Virus record (IMG/VR): IMGVR_UViG_3300035211_000039
Coordinates: 1-60,357 of that record
Strand: one strand, 5' to 3'
Length of the DNA: 60,357 bases
DNA from: a virus
Taxonomy: Duplodnaviria; Caudoviricetes
Under the pieces are notes generated by a model. That model had not been told where the DNA came from. It did not search any database and saw only the letters and a list, made by a program, of their open reading frames with translations. This document shows, one piece after another, positions 1 through 9,073 of the stretch. The translations under genes were made by a program, and so were the position numbers. Position 1 is the first letter of the stretch. Each line of letters starts with the position of its first letter.

Positions 1-8
1 TCCGATCT
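1..8. other. Illumina adapter remnant (artefact)
   Basis: TCCGATCT equals the 3' end of the adapter GCTCTTCCGATCT; it is absent in front of the second repeat copy (..TCTTCAG at 60225-60231). Confidence 0.85.
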
Positions 9-134
9 GTACTGCAGGAACTGCGGAGGCGCCCCCAGCGCGCCGAGCTTTTTAAGCAGATCTCCCAATGGGCCCATGGCCAATCTCTTGGTAAGGTTCT
101 TTCTGTCGGGCCACTCAAGGCGCTTTAATAGCTC
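9..134. repeat. 126-bp terminal overlap, left copy (circular assembly)
   Basis: Identical to 60232-60357; joining the ends restores the portal ORF in frame; unit length 60223 bp. Confidence 0.95.
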
Positions 135-1817
135 CTCTCCGTCGATGGCGCCGAGCTTGAATAGCGCTATGGCTTCTTCGCGCTCCTGGATCTTCGCCCG
201 GGGCATTGTCGAACCAGACACGACCGTCATTTTTGCAGGAGCTAGCAGGATGGAGGATGTTACCGCCATGGTCTGATCGGCACCGTCCTCCTCGTAGGTG
301 ATCCATCGCTCCTCGGTGTACCAGTTCTGAGCAAGACTGACGAACATCCGGCCGCGTTCCCTGATCATCTTCGAGTAGTTCCGGATCTTGCCCTTGAGCA
401 TTGTAGATGCGCGCTCGAGAAGTGCGGCGATCGCTTTATAGGCGATAACCTCCCGGCCAGGCTTCTGTGCTTGCTCGATCTCGAACGAACCCGAAACGGT
501 ATAGAACAGGTCCTTGTAGATATCCATTACCGTGACGAGTTCTGCCGGTATGTTCGGAAGGTCCATGTACCTGATCGCGTTGGCGACCATGGCGTTTGCG
601 GGACGGATGATCCCAGGGCGGTTGGTAAAGGCGGTGTTCGGAACCCCAGAGTCTTTCGGGTTGATGATTTTCAGCCGGCTGGCCTTGTCCTTCATCATTG
701 TGATCTGGGAAAGGGACTTGTTGACTTCCACGTTGAGCTGTTCGAGCTGCTCATAGTCGGACATCCCCCAGGCACTGACATCGTTGTTTATGCTGGATGT
801 GATAGAAAACGGGAATTTATCGTAAAGATAGCAGTTTACGACCTTATCAAGGGGTATGTTGGGGTTAATCGATGGGTTGCTCATGTCGCTGAGAACGACC
901 TTGCCGGCACAACAGGTTTGAATCCTTCTGATGTTGCCGGTGTATTTCGATACCATGACTTCTTCAACGGCATTTCCATCGGCGTCGAGCTTAGGTGGTC
1001 CCGGAACCTTTGTGTAATCCTTGACCCATGCTTCAACGACCAGAACCTCGTCACCCTCCTCGCCTCCGTCGCCAGCAGAGTTGACAACGTTTTTGATGGC
1101 AGAAACAAAGGTTGATAGATAGCCCTTGTCCTTGCCGGATGCGCTCGCGGCTATCTCGCGGCGTAGATCGCCTATTTCTTTGAGGATCTCACTGTCGGCA
1201 ACAATGTGCTCTGCCATTTCAGGCCATCGCCTTCTGGCCTCTCTGATAGACATTGGATAATAATGCAAAGCGGCTTCGGCCTTTCGGATATCCGTGCATT
1301 TGACAGGATAGATACCGAAATTGAAAAGCGGAACCACCTGAGTCTCGACCTCGCCGATCAACTCTATCTCGTCGTTGAACACGCACTTTTCGACAACGGC
1401 GCCCTGTTCCTCTGCGCTTCCTACAGACATTTCGAGAACGTGCTGCTGCTCCTGGTCTCTCCACCAGTGCTCGCACGTTCTCAGCATGGCGTCATAGGCG
1501 TCCTCATTCCCATCGGCCGAACCAAGCTTAGACACATTGAACGTCGGGTTGTTGTCGGTCAGCATGTTGACCGTGCGCTGGCGGTGGCTGAAAAGGAGGT
1601 TTGCAGTAACAAGCCCTGGTTTGCCTGCTTTTTGCTTCCAGTGCTTGTTTCGCGTGAGTTCCGACGCTCGATTCCACTTTTCCGGAAGCCCCATCTCGTT
1701 TTTGTCCTCAAGGATCTCGACAAGGATGTCGAAAGCAGTGTAGCCTACGTTTTCATGCCCCTCCGGAGGTATAAGCTCGCTTTGCTGGTGATTTATTGTC
1801 GGTACGTTATCGTCCAT
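9..1817 (-). CDS. Portal protein, N-terminal part (continues at 60231..59821; 739 aa joined)
   Basis: Missing from the ORF track because it runs off the edge; ATG at 1817 overlaps the upstream TGA; MDDNVPTINHQQSELIPPEGH.. is open to the edge; size and position between terminase and scaffold/capsid fit a P22-like portal. Confidence 0.85.
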
Positions 1818-2350
1818 CAGTCACCCTTCTTGCAAAACCTTACATGGTTGACGAAACCGGATTTGCTTTTGAATTCAGTCTCAAGCTTTCCGCACTTCGG
1901 GCACTTATCGGCCACCTCTTTACCGGGAATACCTGACATCTCGGATTCTGCAACGACCATCTCTTTCTGGCCGTCCTCATCAATATCATCGGGAGCAACG
2001 TACCAGACTGTATCATCATCCGTGTCGGGGTAGTCTTCTCGAACATATAGGCGTTTCCAGCCTTCGTCGGTGAAGATCTTGTCGGGACCACCCTGCTTGT
2101 TGTATCGATCCAGGTCCTCCGGAAGGAACATAAACGGAACGCGCCGGCATCGTGGGCAAATCATATCCTTCCAGTCCTGTGCTGATGGAAACGGCGCCGG
2201 CACACCTCTCTCTGGGTTTGGAGACCCGAACATGGCCCCCTTGAGCGGAAGGTAAACCCCGTTAGCGGTGGCCATAACCGAATGATCACCCGGGCGCATG
2301 AAGTCTGTTACCGGATCCCTGATGGCGCATATCTCACAATGGATTTTCAC
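1817..2350 (-). CDS. Hypothetical Zn-binding protein
   Basis: CEIC, CPRC and C-terminal CPKC..H..C motifs; overlaps both neighbours. Confidence 0.7.
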   Translation of the reverse strand: MKIHCEICAIRDPVTDFMRPGDHSVMATANGVYLPLKGAMFGSPNPERGVPAPFPSAQDWKDMICPRCRRVPFMFLPEDLDRYNKQGGPDKIFTDEGWKRLYVREDYPDTDDDTVWYVAPDDIDEDGQKEMVVAESEMSGIPGKEVADKCPKCGKLETEFKSKSGFVNHVRFCKKGD

Positions 2351-2586
2351 TTATCGGCCTCCATGATTTTATTTCTAGCGATTTCCAGCTCTTTTTCGTT
2401 GTTGGCGACGCACACGAAGCGAGGACGGCCCATGGCCTTGCTGATGTTGATACCGGCCAATCCTTCACCGAGAAGGCGATTTGTATCGATTATGTGCGCC
2501 GTTCCTTCCGCGCAAAGATCGTTCACCATAAATAGAATTTGATCATTGCCGAAATTTCCAATCATGCCGTTAAGTATGTTGCTCAT
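2347..2586 (-). CDS. Hypothetical protein
   Basis: ATGA overlaps at both ends. Confidence 0.6.
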   Translation of the reverse strand: MSNILNGMIGNFGNDQILFMVNDLCAEGTAHIIDTNRLLGEGLAGINISKAMGRPRFVCVANNEKELEIARNKIMEADK

Positions 2587-2846
2587 TGTATTTTTACCCA
2601 TCGGCCCTCTTTCCTGGAAAAATAACTGCACTGGAAGCTGGTTTGTGTTTTAGTTTCTGGTTTACCACTATAGGTATCAATTACCAGTGGTTTAATGTTC
2701 AAGGATTTGTCTTTATATCCACACAATTCTACTGATTTTACCTCATGGAGCATATCAGGGTATGTGTCGTCACATACAGCAACTGGCAAGTCTCCATGGA
2801 TAGATAGACGTTCAATTAGTTTTTTAATAAGTTCGGATACTATCAT
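2583..2846 (-). CDS. Hypothetical protein
   Basis: MIVSELIKKL..GDLPV N-terminus common in small phage proteins; coupled to neighbours. Confidence 0.7.
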   Translation of the reverse strand: MIVSELIKKLIERLSIHGDLPVAVCDDTYPDMLHEVKSVELCGYKDKSLNIKPLVIDTYSGKPETKTQTSFQCSYFSRKEGRWVKIQ

Positions 2847-3085
2847 GCCGTCGCAATCCTTTTCTCGTTTTCCTCATCATCAAGCATGGCCTCATCGAAC
2901 GGACTCAATGATAGATCGTCATATACCTGGTCATCGATGATCGGCCGCGGCCGGCGAACAGCAACAACTGGCCGGTCTGCTGAGTTTCTGCCGAGAACAT
3001 ACCCCAGCAGAAGGAAGAATGTCACGATCCCAAGCTGGAAAAGCAGCAGGATGGCTTCTTTATATTGTCCGAACAAGGTCTCCAT
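2843..3085 (-). CDS. Small membrane protein
   Basis: One hydrophobic helix, acidic tail, GGAGG RBS. Confidence 0.7.
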   Translation of the reverse strand: METLFGQYKEAILLLFQLGIVTFFLLLGYVLGRNSADRPVVAVRRPRPIIDDQVYDDLSLSPFDEAMLDDEENEKRIATA

Positions 3086-5513
3086 CGTCGTATTCCTCCG
3101 CGTCTATGTCGCTTTCGCCAGCGCCCAGGTATCTCATGGCCCATTCCTGCTCGTATGCAGCGTTCTCCTCGTAATCGTCCTGGTCGCCGCGGTAAAGATT
3201 CTCGATTCGTTTGTCGTATGATGATTTTTTGGGTTTGGCATTAGGCATATTTATTGGCCTGGCCATGCAGATATGACACGCCTCGTCGTAAATATGATCT
3301 TCTTGGTCTGTATTTGTTGCCAGCAATCCATTAGCATAAAACAGGTGTGCTTGCCTTACGGTGATATTATAAACTGTTTTTTCTTCTGAGCTCCCAACCA
3401 CACTTGTAACTACAGGTTTTGACCTGTTTTGTGTTATGCTTTTTAGCTCTGAAGGTTTTTCCGCAGACGGGACAGGAGACCTCCAACATCCCGGCGAGCT
3501 CTCGGCATCTTTCAGAACAGTATTTTGCTGTTGGGTGCCGCGTTTCAGCAAATTTGCCACAATAAGCGCACGCAAATTTTCGTTGGGGAGTGTTCTCACG
3601 GCATTTTTTAATATTCCCCCTAAGAACCCTTTTTCCTCGCTGACTCCGACGCCAGGAATCAAGCGAGGCTCGAAGATCCCCACCGGCAGCAATGCGTTCT
3701 TGGTAATGGTGTCGAGCATGGACCGCCTTATCAACGAGTTCAAGGTTTTCAATGCTGTTGTTGGAGGCGTTGTGGTCTTTATGGTGGATATGTTGTCCAT
3801 CCGGGATTGGTCCATTCTCATCTTTCCATATAGCCCGATGGAGTAGCGTAGTGCCAAATCTATCCGCATGATATGGATGACACTCAAAATATCTTCGGTT
3901 TTTACGCTTAGTGAATTTGATTCCTCGGTAAACAACGCTGTCAGCCATTTTGTATCCTCCTGTGTCGTGATTTCATCGTTTGATGATACCATGCACAAAG
4001 GAAGAAGTCCAACGTCTTTTATGAATATTTTATGGGCGTTAGTCCCCTCAATAGACATCCCGTTCGACAGGGTTATTTTTGTTGTGAAAGCGGCACCGGA
4101 AGCATATGCTTTTGTTACTTCACGGGGGCCGATTGGAGTGCAAACCAACTGTCCTGGTGAAATGTCCTCAATCTTTATCTTTCCACCAGGTGTATCAATC
4201 AACGTACCAGCCACAAAACAATCAATATCCTCCGGGTTCATCTCGTCCATACAAAGTGCCGATATCGTCCGAATGAAGGCTGTGCACGTTGAGTAAACCC
4301 TAAGCATGGGAGCATCTATAACGGCTCCATCTGAGTCGGTTGGGACTTTCAGGCGCTCTCGAAACTGCCTTATTTTTAATTCCCTGGACGGATCCCCAGG
4401 AGAAAGGTAAAGGCCGTGCTGAGCGAACACCTCTGCCGTGGGAGGGCCCTGGCCGCCGCCTTTGTAGTCTGGTTTTTTGCTGAAACAGTCTGGTCCGGCA
4501 AGCCTGGAAACTACGTCTCGCTTGCTGATGCCAAGCTTTCTTTCTCTCTCGTTGATCTCCTCTGCAACTTGAGAGTCGGTAAGCCTCAATCCCTGATCCG
4601 GAACTCCGTCTTCACACCCATACCACTCAGCAAAACGGTATGCGCGCCCGTCGTTGTCAATCCACCACCACCCCCATGAGAATGGCTTGCCGAACCCCCA
4701 ATCGAATGTGGTGTATATCGGGGCGCCCTCCGGTACAGGAATTGGCTTTATGATGTGATACTGCTTGGTGAGATTAAATGCCTGCCCGATGAAAACATCC
4801 CAATCTCCCTGCAGCCACGCCCTTCTTAGGGCCGGATCGGATATAGATTTTAGCCTGGCAACATAGAGAGGATCATTGTAACAGAGGATTTTGTTGTCAT
4901 CCAGGAAGCTTGGAATAAATATCCTGCTTTCCCTCATTCCATCGCCAAGTTCGGTGTAAATTATCGTTTCAGGCGGCACACCGGCAGACCCGAGCTTGAA
5001 ATATTCCTTCACAGCATTGTGACCAGGACCTCCAGGGTTTCCGGTGCCGAACATCCTGCAGGGAACTCCGTGGGGAGATCGATTCGACCCCTTAAGCTTG
5101 TCGACCATCTGAACGAAAAATGGGAACGTTGTGCATTCGTCGATACTTATTTCGGTGTACTGGTGGCCAACGAAGTCGTTGACTTGCTGAAGTTGATTGA
5201 TGGCCGGCATGGTGACAATAGCGCCATCCTTGAAGTTGATATAGTTGGTTTGGTTTTCTCCACCGGTTCTCTCTGCAGGAAGCCCCTCTGATATGAGCTC
5301 GTCCCAGCGCCTTCTAAGCTCCCTGAAGTCTTTGTATTTGCGACGTATAATTAAACCGTTCCAATGCTTTGTGTATTTTTCGGCTCCGTTCAACTGCCTG
5401 CCGATAAGACAATCTGACTTTCCACCACCCCTTGACCCGCCAAAGAAAACGAAATCAACAGGGCATGTTACAGCCTTTAATTGGGGACCTAGTTGTGGCT
5501 CCCAGAAAGACAT
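3060..5513 (-). CDS. terL: Terminase large subunit containing an intein (817 aa precursor, ~514 aa spliced)
   Basis: Walker A GGSRGGGKS, Walker B ISIDE, TGNPGGPGH, nuclease FDWG and EDID/TDQEDHIYDE. Confidence 0.95.
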   Translation of the reverse strand: MSFWEPQLGPQLKAVTCPVDFVFFGGSRGGGKSDCLIGRQLNGAEKYTKHWNGLIIRRKYKDFRELRRRWDELISEGLPAERTGGENQTNYINFKDGAIVTMPAINQLQQVNDFVGHQYTEISIDECTTFPFFVQMVDKLKGSNRSPHGVPCRMFGTGNPGGPGHNAVKEYFKLGSAGVPPETIIYTELGDGMRESRIFIPSFLDDNKILCYNDPLYVARLKSISDPALRRAWLQGDWDVFIGQAFNLTKQYHIIKPIPVPEGAPIYTTFDWGFGKPFSWGWWWIDNDGRAYRFAEWYGCEDGVPDQGLRLTDSQVAEEINERERKLGISKRDVVSRLAGPDCFSKKPDYKGGGQGPPTAEVFAQHGLYLSPGDPSRELKIRQFRERLKVPTDSDGAVIDAPMLRVYSTCTAFIRTISALCMDEMNPEDIDCFVAGTLIDTPGGKIKIEDISPGQLVCTPIGPREVTKAYASGAAFTTKITLSNGMSIEGTNAHKIFIKDVGLLPLCMVSSNDEITTQEDTKWLTALFTEESNSLSVKTEDILSVIHIMRIDLALRYSIGLYGKMRMDQSRMDNISTIKTTTPPTTALKTLNSLIRRSMLDTITKNALLPVGIFEPRLIPGVGVSEEKGFLGGILKNAVRTLPNENLRALIVANLLKRGTQQQNTVLKDAESSPGCWRSPVPSAEKPSELKSITQNRSKPVVTSVVGSSEEKTVYNITVRQAHLFYANGLLATNTDQEDHIYDEACHICMARPINMPNAKPKKSSYDKRIENLYRGDQDDYEENAAYEQEWAMRYLGAGESDIDAEEYDDGDLVRTI
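3312..4220 (-). mobile_element. Intein (303 aa) in the TerL nuclease domain
   Basis: Block A CFVAGTLIDTPGG, block B GTNAHKIF (TxxH), block F VYNITV, block G HLFYANGLLATN followed by Thr+1; removal gives PEDID-TDQEDH. Confidence 0.92.
3367..3948 (-). CDS. HNH homing endonuclease with Zn-finger repeats, nested out of frame inside the intein
   Basis: LHRAIW..GPIPDGQHIHHKDHNASNNSIENLELV HNH motif; CAYC, CSERC, CPVC, CSYKC; own RBS AGGAGG-7nt-ATG. Confidence 0.9.
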   Translation of the reverse strand: MADSVVYRGIKFTKRKNRRYFECHPYHADRFGTTLLHRAIWKDENGPIPDGQHIHHKDHNASNNSIENLELVDKAVHARHHYQERIAAGGDLRASLDSWRRSQRGKRVLRGNIKKCRENTPQRKFACAYCGKFAETRHPTAKYCSERCRELAGMLEVSCPVCGKTFRAKKHNTKQVKTCSYKCGWELRRKNSL

Positions 5514-5520
5514 AAAACCC

Positions 5521-6042
5521 TTACCCCTGCTCTCTTTCCTGTTTGTCCTTGGATTTTTTCCATGCCTCCCACTCCTCGATCGAATTAAATGCGGGTGGCA
5601 TGTTTACCATGGGGATGGGGCCTCCATCCTTTCCACTGTGCTCATGCTCTTTCTTGTCACTCAAGCCGAGATCCCTGGCGATTATGTTGGGGTTGAGAAG
5701 TTCAGCGGCTGCCCCTTCAAACTTCTGTGTCTTGATAATAAGCTCTACTCGCGATGTGACATAGGAAAAATCTTCCTTGTGGCAATAATCTTTCCAGGTT
5801 GACATGTCGATGTCCAGAAAAATACAAAGCCCCCCTATTGTCATCGCTCTCATTTTGTTGACGTTCTTGACCTTGGCTTTTCCCTTGTATTTTACGAGCT
5901 CAGCGGCCTTGAGAGGAGTCCTTGCGACCTCATCAAAATATTCGAGACACGCCGACCACAACTTGTCAGGTGTCTCGAATATTGGCCTTCTGCCGTGTGA
6001 GCTGCGAAGCCTCCAAAAAGAATTGTATTTCGGCGCTGCCAT
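5521..6042 (-). CDS. terS: Terminase small subunit (P22 gp3-like)
   Basis: GRRPIFETP, MTIGGLCIFL, QKFEGAAAELLNPNIIARDLGL; directly upstream of terL. Confidence 0.9.
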   Translation of the reverse strand: MAAPKYNSFWRLRSSHGRRPIFETPDKLWSACLEYFDEVARTPLKAAELVKYKGKAKVKNVNKMRAMTIGGLCIFLDIDMSTWKDYCHKEDFSYVTSRVELIIKTQKFEGAAAELLNPNIIARDLGLSDKKEHEHSGKDGGPIPMVNMPPAFNSIEEWEAWKKSKDKQEREQG

Positions 6043-6092
6043 TATGACAAGCCCCCCAAATTAAACCTAAGACTGTCTGTTTCGTTATCCAC
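6042..6092 (-). CDS. Putative 16-aa leader ORF coupled to terS
   Basis: AGGAG RBS, GTG start, TAATG stop/start overlap. Confidence 0.35.
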   Translation of the reverse strand: MDNETDSLRFNLGGLS

Positions 6093-6103
6093 TCTCAACT
6101 CCT

Positions 6104-6141
6104 AAAAAAAGGCCTCCCGGCCTATGTAGGTCCGAGAGGCC
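6104..6141 (-). terminator. Intrinsic terminator just downstream of the putative late promoter
   Basis: GGCCTCTCGG..CCGGGAGGCC followed by T7. Confidence 0.8.
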
Positions 6142-6168
6142 GAAACCAGGGATGAAGGAATAGCCTAT

Positions 6169-6197
6169 ATATTAAATGCGATTTTTTATTATATCAA
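6169..6197 (-). promoter_or_regulatory. Putative sigma70 promoter for packaging genes
   Basis: TTGATA-17-TAATAT in an AT-rich gap. Confidence 0.6.
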
Positions 6198-6784
6198 GTG
6201 TTTTTTTCTAACGATGTATACCAAGTTCCGTCCGGAAGCTGGATGCGTGGTACAGTTTCAATCCGAGCAATAGTCGGGTTTCCATCATCATCAAAACCGG
6301 TGAATAGACCTCGTTGGCTTGAGTTTATGTATACCGGTGTGAGCATATCGATTTTCGGTGGTATTGGTTTTAGTCGCCGGCAGAATCTGCACTTTACAGT
6401 ACCGTAATTGTATGTATCTAAAACAAAATACCCAATTTCGTGATCGAATCCACAGAATCTTCCGGTGTATTCTGTATATTGTGTTGTTTCACCAGGATAT
6501 ACCCCTTTTTCATTGTAACCCTCTAAAACATCTCCGAAATTAACACGTTCCATTTTCCTTTCGTCACCGAGCGGGACCATTGCGTAGGGTTTTTCAGGGA
6601 TAGGTTTGTCTGGGTAGTACCACTTCCATAATCCGCATTTGGAGCACTTTGTCGATCCCTCCCAATTAGCTGTGCCACCCCTTGTTAGGTATGCCCTTTG
6701 TTCATCATTACACCCACAAAACACCTCATACCGCTTCCCATCAATGGTGACTGTCTCTTTTGGTTTTTCTGTTTTGTCTGTCAT
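6194..6784 (-). CDS. Hypothetical protein
   Basis: 196-aa ORF with GAGG RBS. Confidence 0.7.
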   Translation of the reverse strand: MTDKTEKPKETVTIDGKRYEVFCGCNDEQRAYLTRGGTANWEGSTKCSKCGLWKWYYPDKPIPEKPYAMVPLGDERKMERVNFGDVLEGYNEKGVYPGETTQYTEYTGRFCGFDHEIGYFVLDTYNYGTVKCRFCRRLKPIPPKIDMLTPVYINSSQRGLFTGFDDDGNPTIARIETVPRIQLPDGTWYTSLEKNT

Positions 6785-6787
6785 GGT

Positions 6788-7039
6788 CTACCTCTCCTTG
6801 CGGCTACTCCAGAATAAACAGCATTTTTTGTATGACCATTGGCCGGCCATTATTGCTGGTATCATACAAAATGAAAAAATAAACACACATACTACTACAA
6901 AGCTCACTGTCTCACCAATTTTATCTGCAATCCAACAAAACAAAACAGAAATTGCCACCATAAAACCAAAAAAAGCGCACGCGGCCGCAGCGCCAACAAG
7001 TACTGAACCAACAATACACAATAACCTTTTTGCGTTCAT
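6788..7039 (-). CDS. Small 2-TM membrane protein
   Basis: Two hydrophobic stretches; GGAGG RBS. Confidence 0.65.
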   Translation of the reverse strand: MNAKRLLCIVGSVLVGAAAACAFFGFMVAISVLFCWIADKIGETVSFVVVCVFIFSFCMIPAIMAGQWSYKKCCLFWSSRKER

Positions 7040-7338
7040 GGTCTGCCTCCATTGATAACAAAGTTAAACTTATCCAAATCGACAACCATTTTTTTAAGAT
7101 CGAACCTCCAGAAATACAACATCATCTTATTAAATGACATAATGGAACCGAAAAGTTCATCATATCCATACAATACAAGAGTTTTGTAATCTCTTCGGCC
7201 GATTAGTGCACTCCTCATATCGTAAACTTTTTGATTCCACTCAATCTGAAGATCATACACCCAATGAGCCCTTGCGATCATAAAAAAGCAAAACCCTATA
7301 AACACAAAAAATAATGACATTATAATAATTAATTCCAT
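7036..7338 (-). CDS. Membrane-anchored hypothetical protein
   Basis: N-terminal TM; GGAGG RBS. Confidence 0.7.
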   Translation of the reverse strand: MELIIIMSLFFVFIGFCFFMIARAHWVYDLQIEWNQKVYDMRSALIGRRDYKTLVLYGYDELFGSIMSFNKMMLYFWRFDLKKMVVDLDKFNFVINGGRP

Positions 7339-7371
7339 GGTTAATCCTCCAATATTTTGTCAGTTCATAGA

Positions 7372-8247
7372 TCACCTCAAATCAAAACCAACACCGATAT
7401 CGTTCAAGCTCCCATTATCTGACCATTCCCCGTTGTCGAGTCTCATATACTTGACAACGTTTCCGGAAGATCCGATATCGAATTTAACCTGAGCATCATT
7501 CGCATTTCTTTCGATATTGCCACCAATAACTATGTTTCCCCTGGCGTCATCGCCGAACCTGATACCATATCCGCCGTTTGCTGATGAATTGACAGATTGG
7601 AATATATTACCCGTGCAGATTCCAAGGCGAACTCCATCAACCGCGTTATCTCTCGATATCAACAGAGTTGCGACACCACAATTTGCATTTCTGTAGTCTG
7701 AGTGAATATGTATCCCGTGCTGGAGATTTGCGACAGTATAAACATTGTCTAATCTCCAATAATTGCAGTTATTTTCAACGTCGCCTATTCTTAGGCCGTC
7801 TTTTCCCATGTGTGATATGGTCATATTTCGAGCCGTGAATCTTGATGCATTAACCCTTATTCCGCAATCAATGTTCCCCGGTTCTCCCCTCAAATAAAAG
7901 TTTTCAACAACAACCCCGTCAATAACTACTATGAACGCCGGCCCTGAACAGTATTCTGTTTTGTATGCGATGGTTGCCGCACCTCCGGAAAGTGACATTG
8001 TGTGACCCTCTCCACGAATCGTTACCCTCTTGTCGACAAGTATCGGCTCGTTTATGTATGATACTGGCGGAAGGTTCACAATACCACCATCTGCGACGAT
8101 AGATATTGCCTCATAAATTGCCTCATCATCATTTCCATAGTCAGCTACATTTACCTCAGCTGGTGATGAGCAAGCAAAAAGAATGCTGATTGATAAGGCT
8201 GCTGCAAAAAAAATAATCGTATTCTTAATGTTATTTAATTTGAACAT
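7372..8247 (-). CDS. Right-handed parallel beta-helix (pectin-lyase-like) lipoprotein
   Basis: Lipobox LFAC; VNVADYG..DDEAI..AI..GGIVNLPP cap; repeated N..GI/GV rungs; AGGAGG RBS before 8247. Confidence 0.7.
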   Translation of the reverse strand: MFKLNNIKNTIIFFAAALSISILFACSSPAEVNVADYGNDDEAIYEAISIVADGGIVNLPPVSYINEPILVDKRVTIRGEGHTMSLSGGAATIAYKTEYCSGPAFIVVIDGVVVENFYLRGEPGNIDCGIRVNASRFTARNMTISHMGKDGLRIGDVENNCNYWRLDNVYTVANLQHGIHIHSDYRNANCGVATLLISRDNAVDGVRLGICTGNIFQSVNSSANGGYGIRFGDDARGNIVIGGNIERNANDAQVKFDIGSSGNVVKYMRLDNGEWSDNGSLNDIGVGFDLR

Positions 8248-8455
8248 CTTTTTCCTCCTGTTTTGTATGGTTTTCAATTACATGGTCCTCGAAAATTTTC
8301 TCAAGCCGGTAAACTATAGAGGCCATGTCTTGAGAATGCTTTTCCAAAGCCTCGCTTATCTGGTTTGCCGCTCTTTGCATTCGGTCTGCTGCCGCCGATA
8401 TACTGTTTCCAGCGCGCTGTACATCTTCTGAGCCCATAAGTTGAATGTAATCCAT
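8231..8455 (-). CDS. Hypothetical coiled-coil protein
   Basis: GGAG RBS, heptad pattern. Confidence 0.7.
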   Translation of the reverse strand: MDYIQLMGSEDVQRAGNSISAAADRMQRAANQISEALEKHSQDMASIVYRLEKIFEDHVIENHTKQEEKDVQIK

Positions 8456-8480
8456 GGTCGTACTCCTTCCTCCCGACTAA

Positions 8481-9050
8481 CTATTGCAGTGATTTGATTA
8501 AAAGATACAGGGCCTCTTTTTTCACAGACCTTAGATCATTTTTTGCGTGTTCTTCGAGTATCTTATAAAAGTCCTGGTGGTCTATGAAGTCGATTTCGAT
8601 TTTGAACTTGCCTGTTTTATGGGCCGGCCGCGCTCGCCTTATTTTGCACTGACACTCTTTGCATATGTTCATGAACCCGTCTTTGGTGGTGGCATGCCGG
8701 CTGAACTCTGATATTGGTTTCGGATCTCCTCCGCACTTTGCGCACACCTTACTCCTGATAGCTGAATCAGGCGCCGGTTCCGGAGGTTTGGTAGGATCGA
8801 TCTTATCGTTGATGATCATAGGCTTTTTCACGGGGGTTGGCTTTTTTGCGCGCCGGTCCCCATATGGTTCAGGATTTTTTGGTGGAGGTGCGCTTTCAAG
8901 ACAGTGATTGAGGGATTCCGGAATTTTCATAACCCTTCCCTCTGCGTAGTCGGCGTAATCACTCCTCAGATTGCAGGCCCTGCAGGCCGCGCTCCTCTTG
9001 TCGATTTCGTGGCCGGCTTCTTCCTCACATACATTGCATGGGTGTCTCAT
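8481..9050 (-). CDS. Hypothetical Zn-binding, possibly DNA-binding protein
   Basis: CxxC pairs, KVCAKC..KPISEF..CKEC; GGAGG RBS. Confidence 0.7.
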   Translation of the reverse strand: MRHPCNVCEEEAGHEIDKRSAACRACNLRSDYADYAEGRVMKIPESLNHCLESAPPPKNPEPYGDRRAKKPTPVKKPMIINDKIDPTKPPEPAPDSAIRSKVCAKCGGDPKPISEFSRHATTKDGFMNICKECQCKIRRARPAHKTGKFKIEIDFIDHQDFYKILEEHAKNDLRSVKKEALYLLIKSLQ

Positions 9051-9073
9051 TAGTTAACCTCCATTTTGTCCTA

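Noticed and set aside
9-134. Biological terminal repeats
   Set aside because: The repeat falls mid-portal and its length fits an assembler overlap.
471-2033. Long plus-strand ORFs (214 and 275 aa) and similar antisense ORFs elsewhere
   Set aside because: They are shadows of the portal and other real genes, with no RBS or motifs.
3367-3948. Group I/II intron carrying the HNH
   Set aside because: The TerL frame is uninterrupted, intein blocks flank the region, and no intron core motifs were seen.
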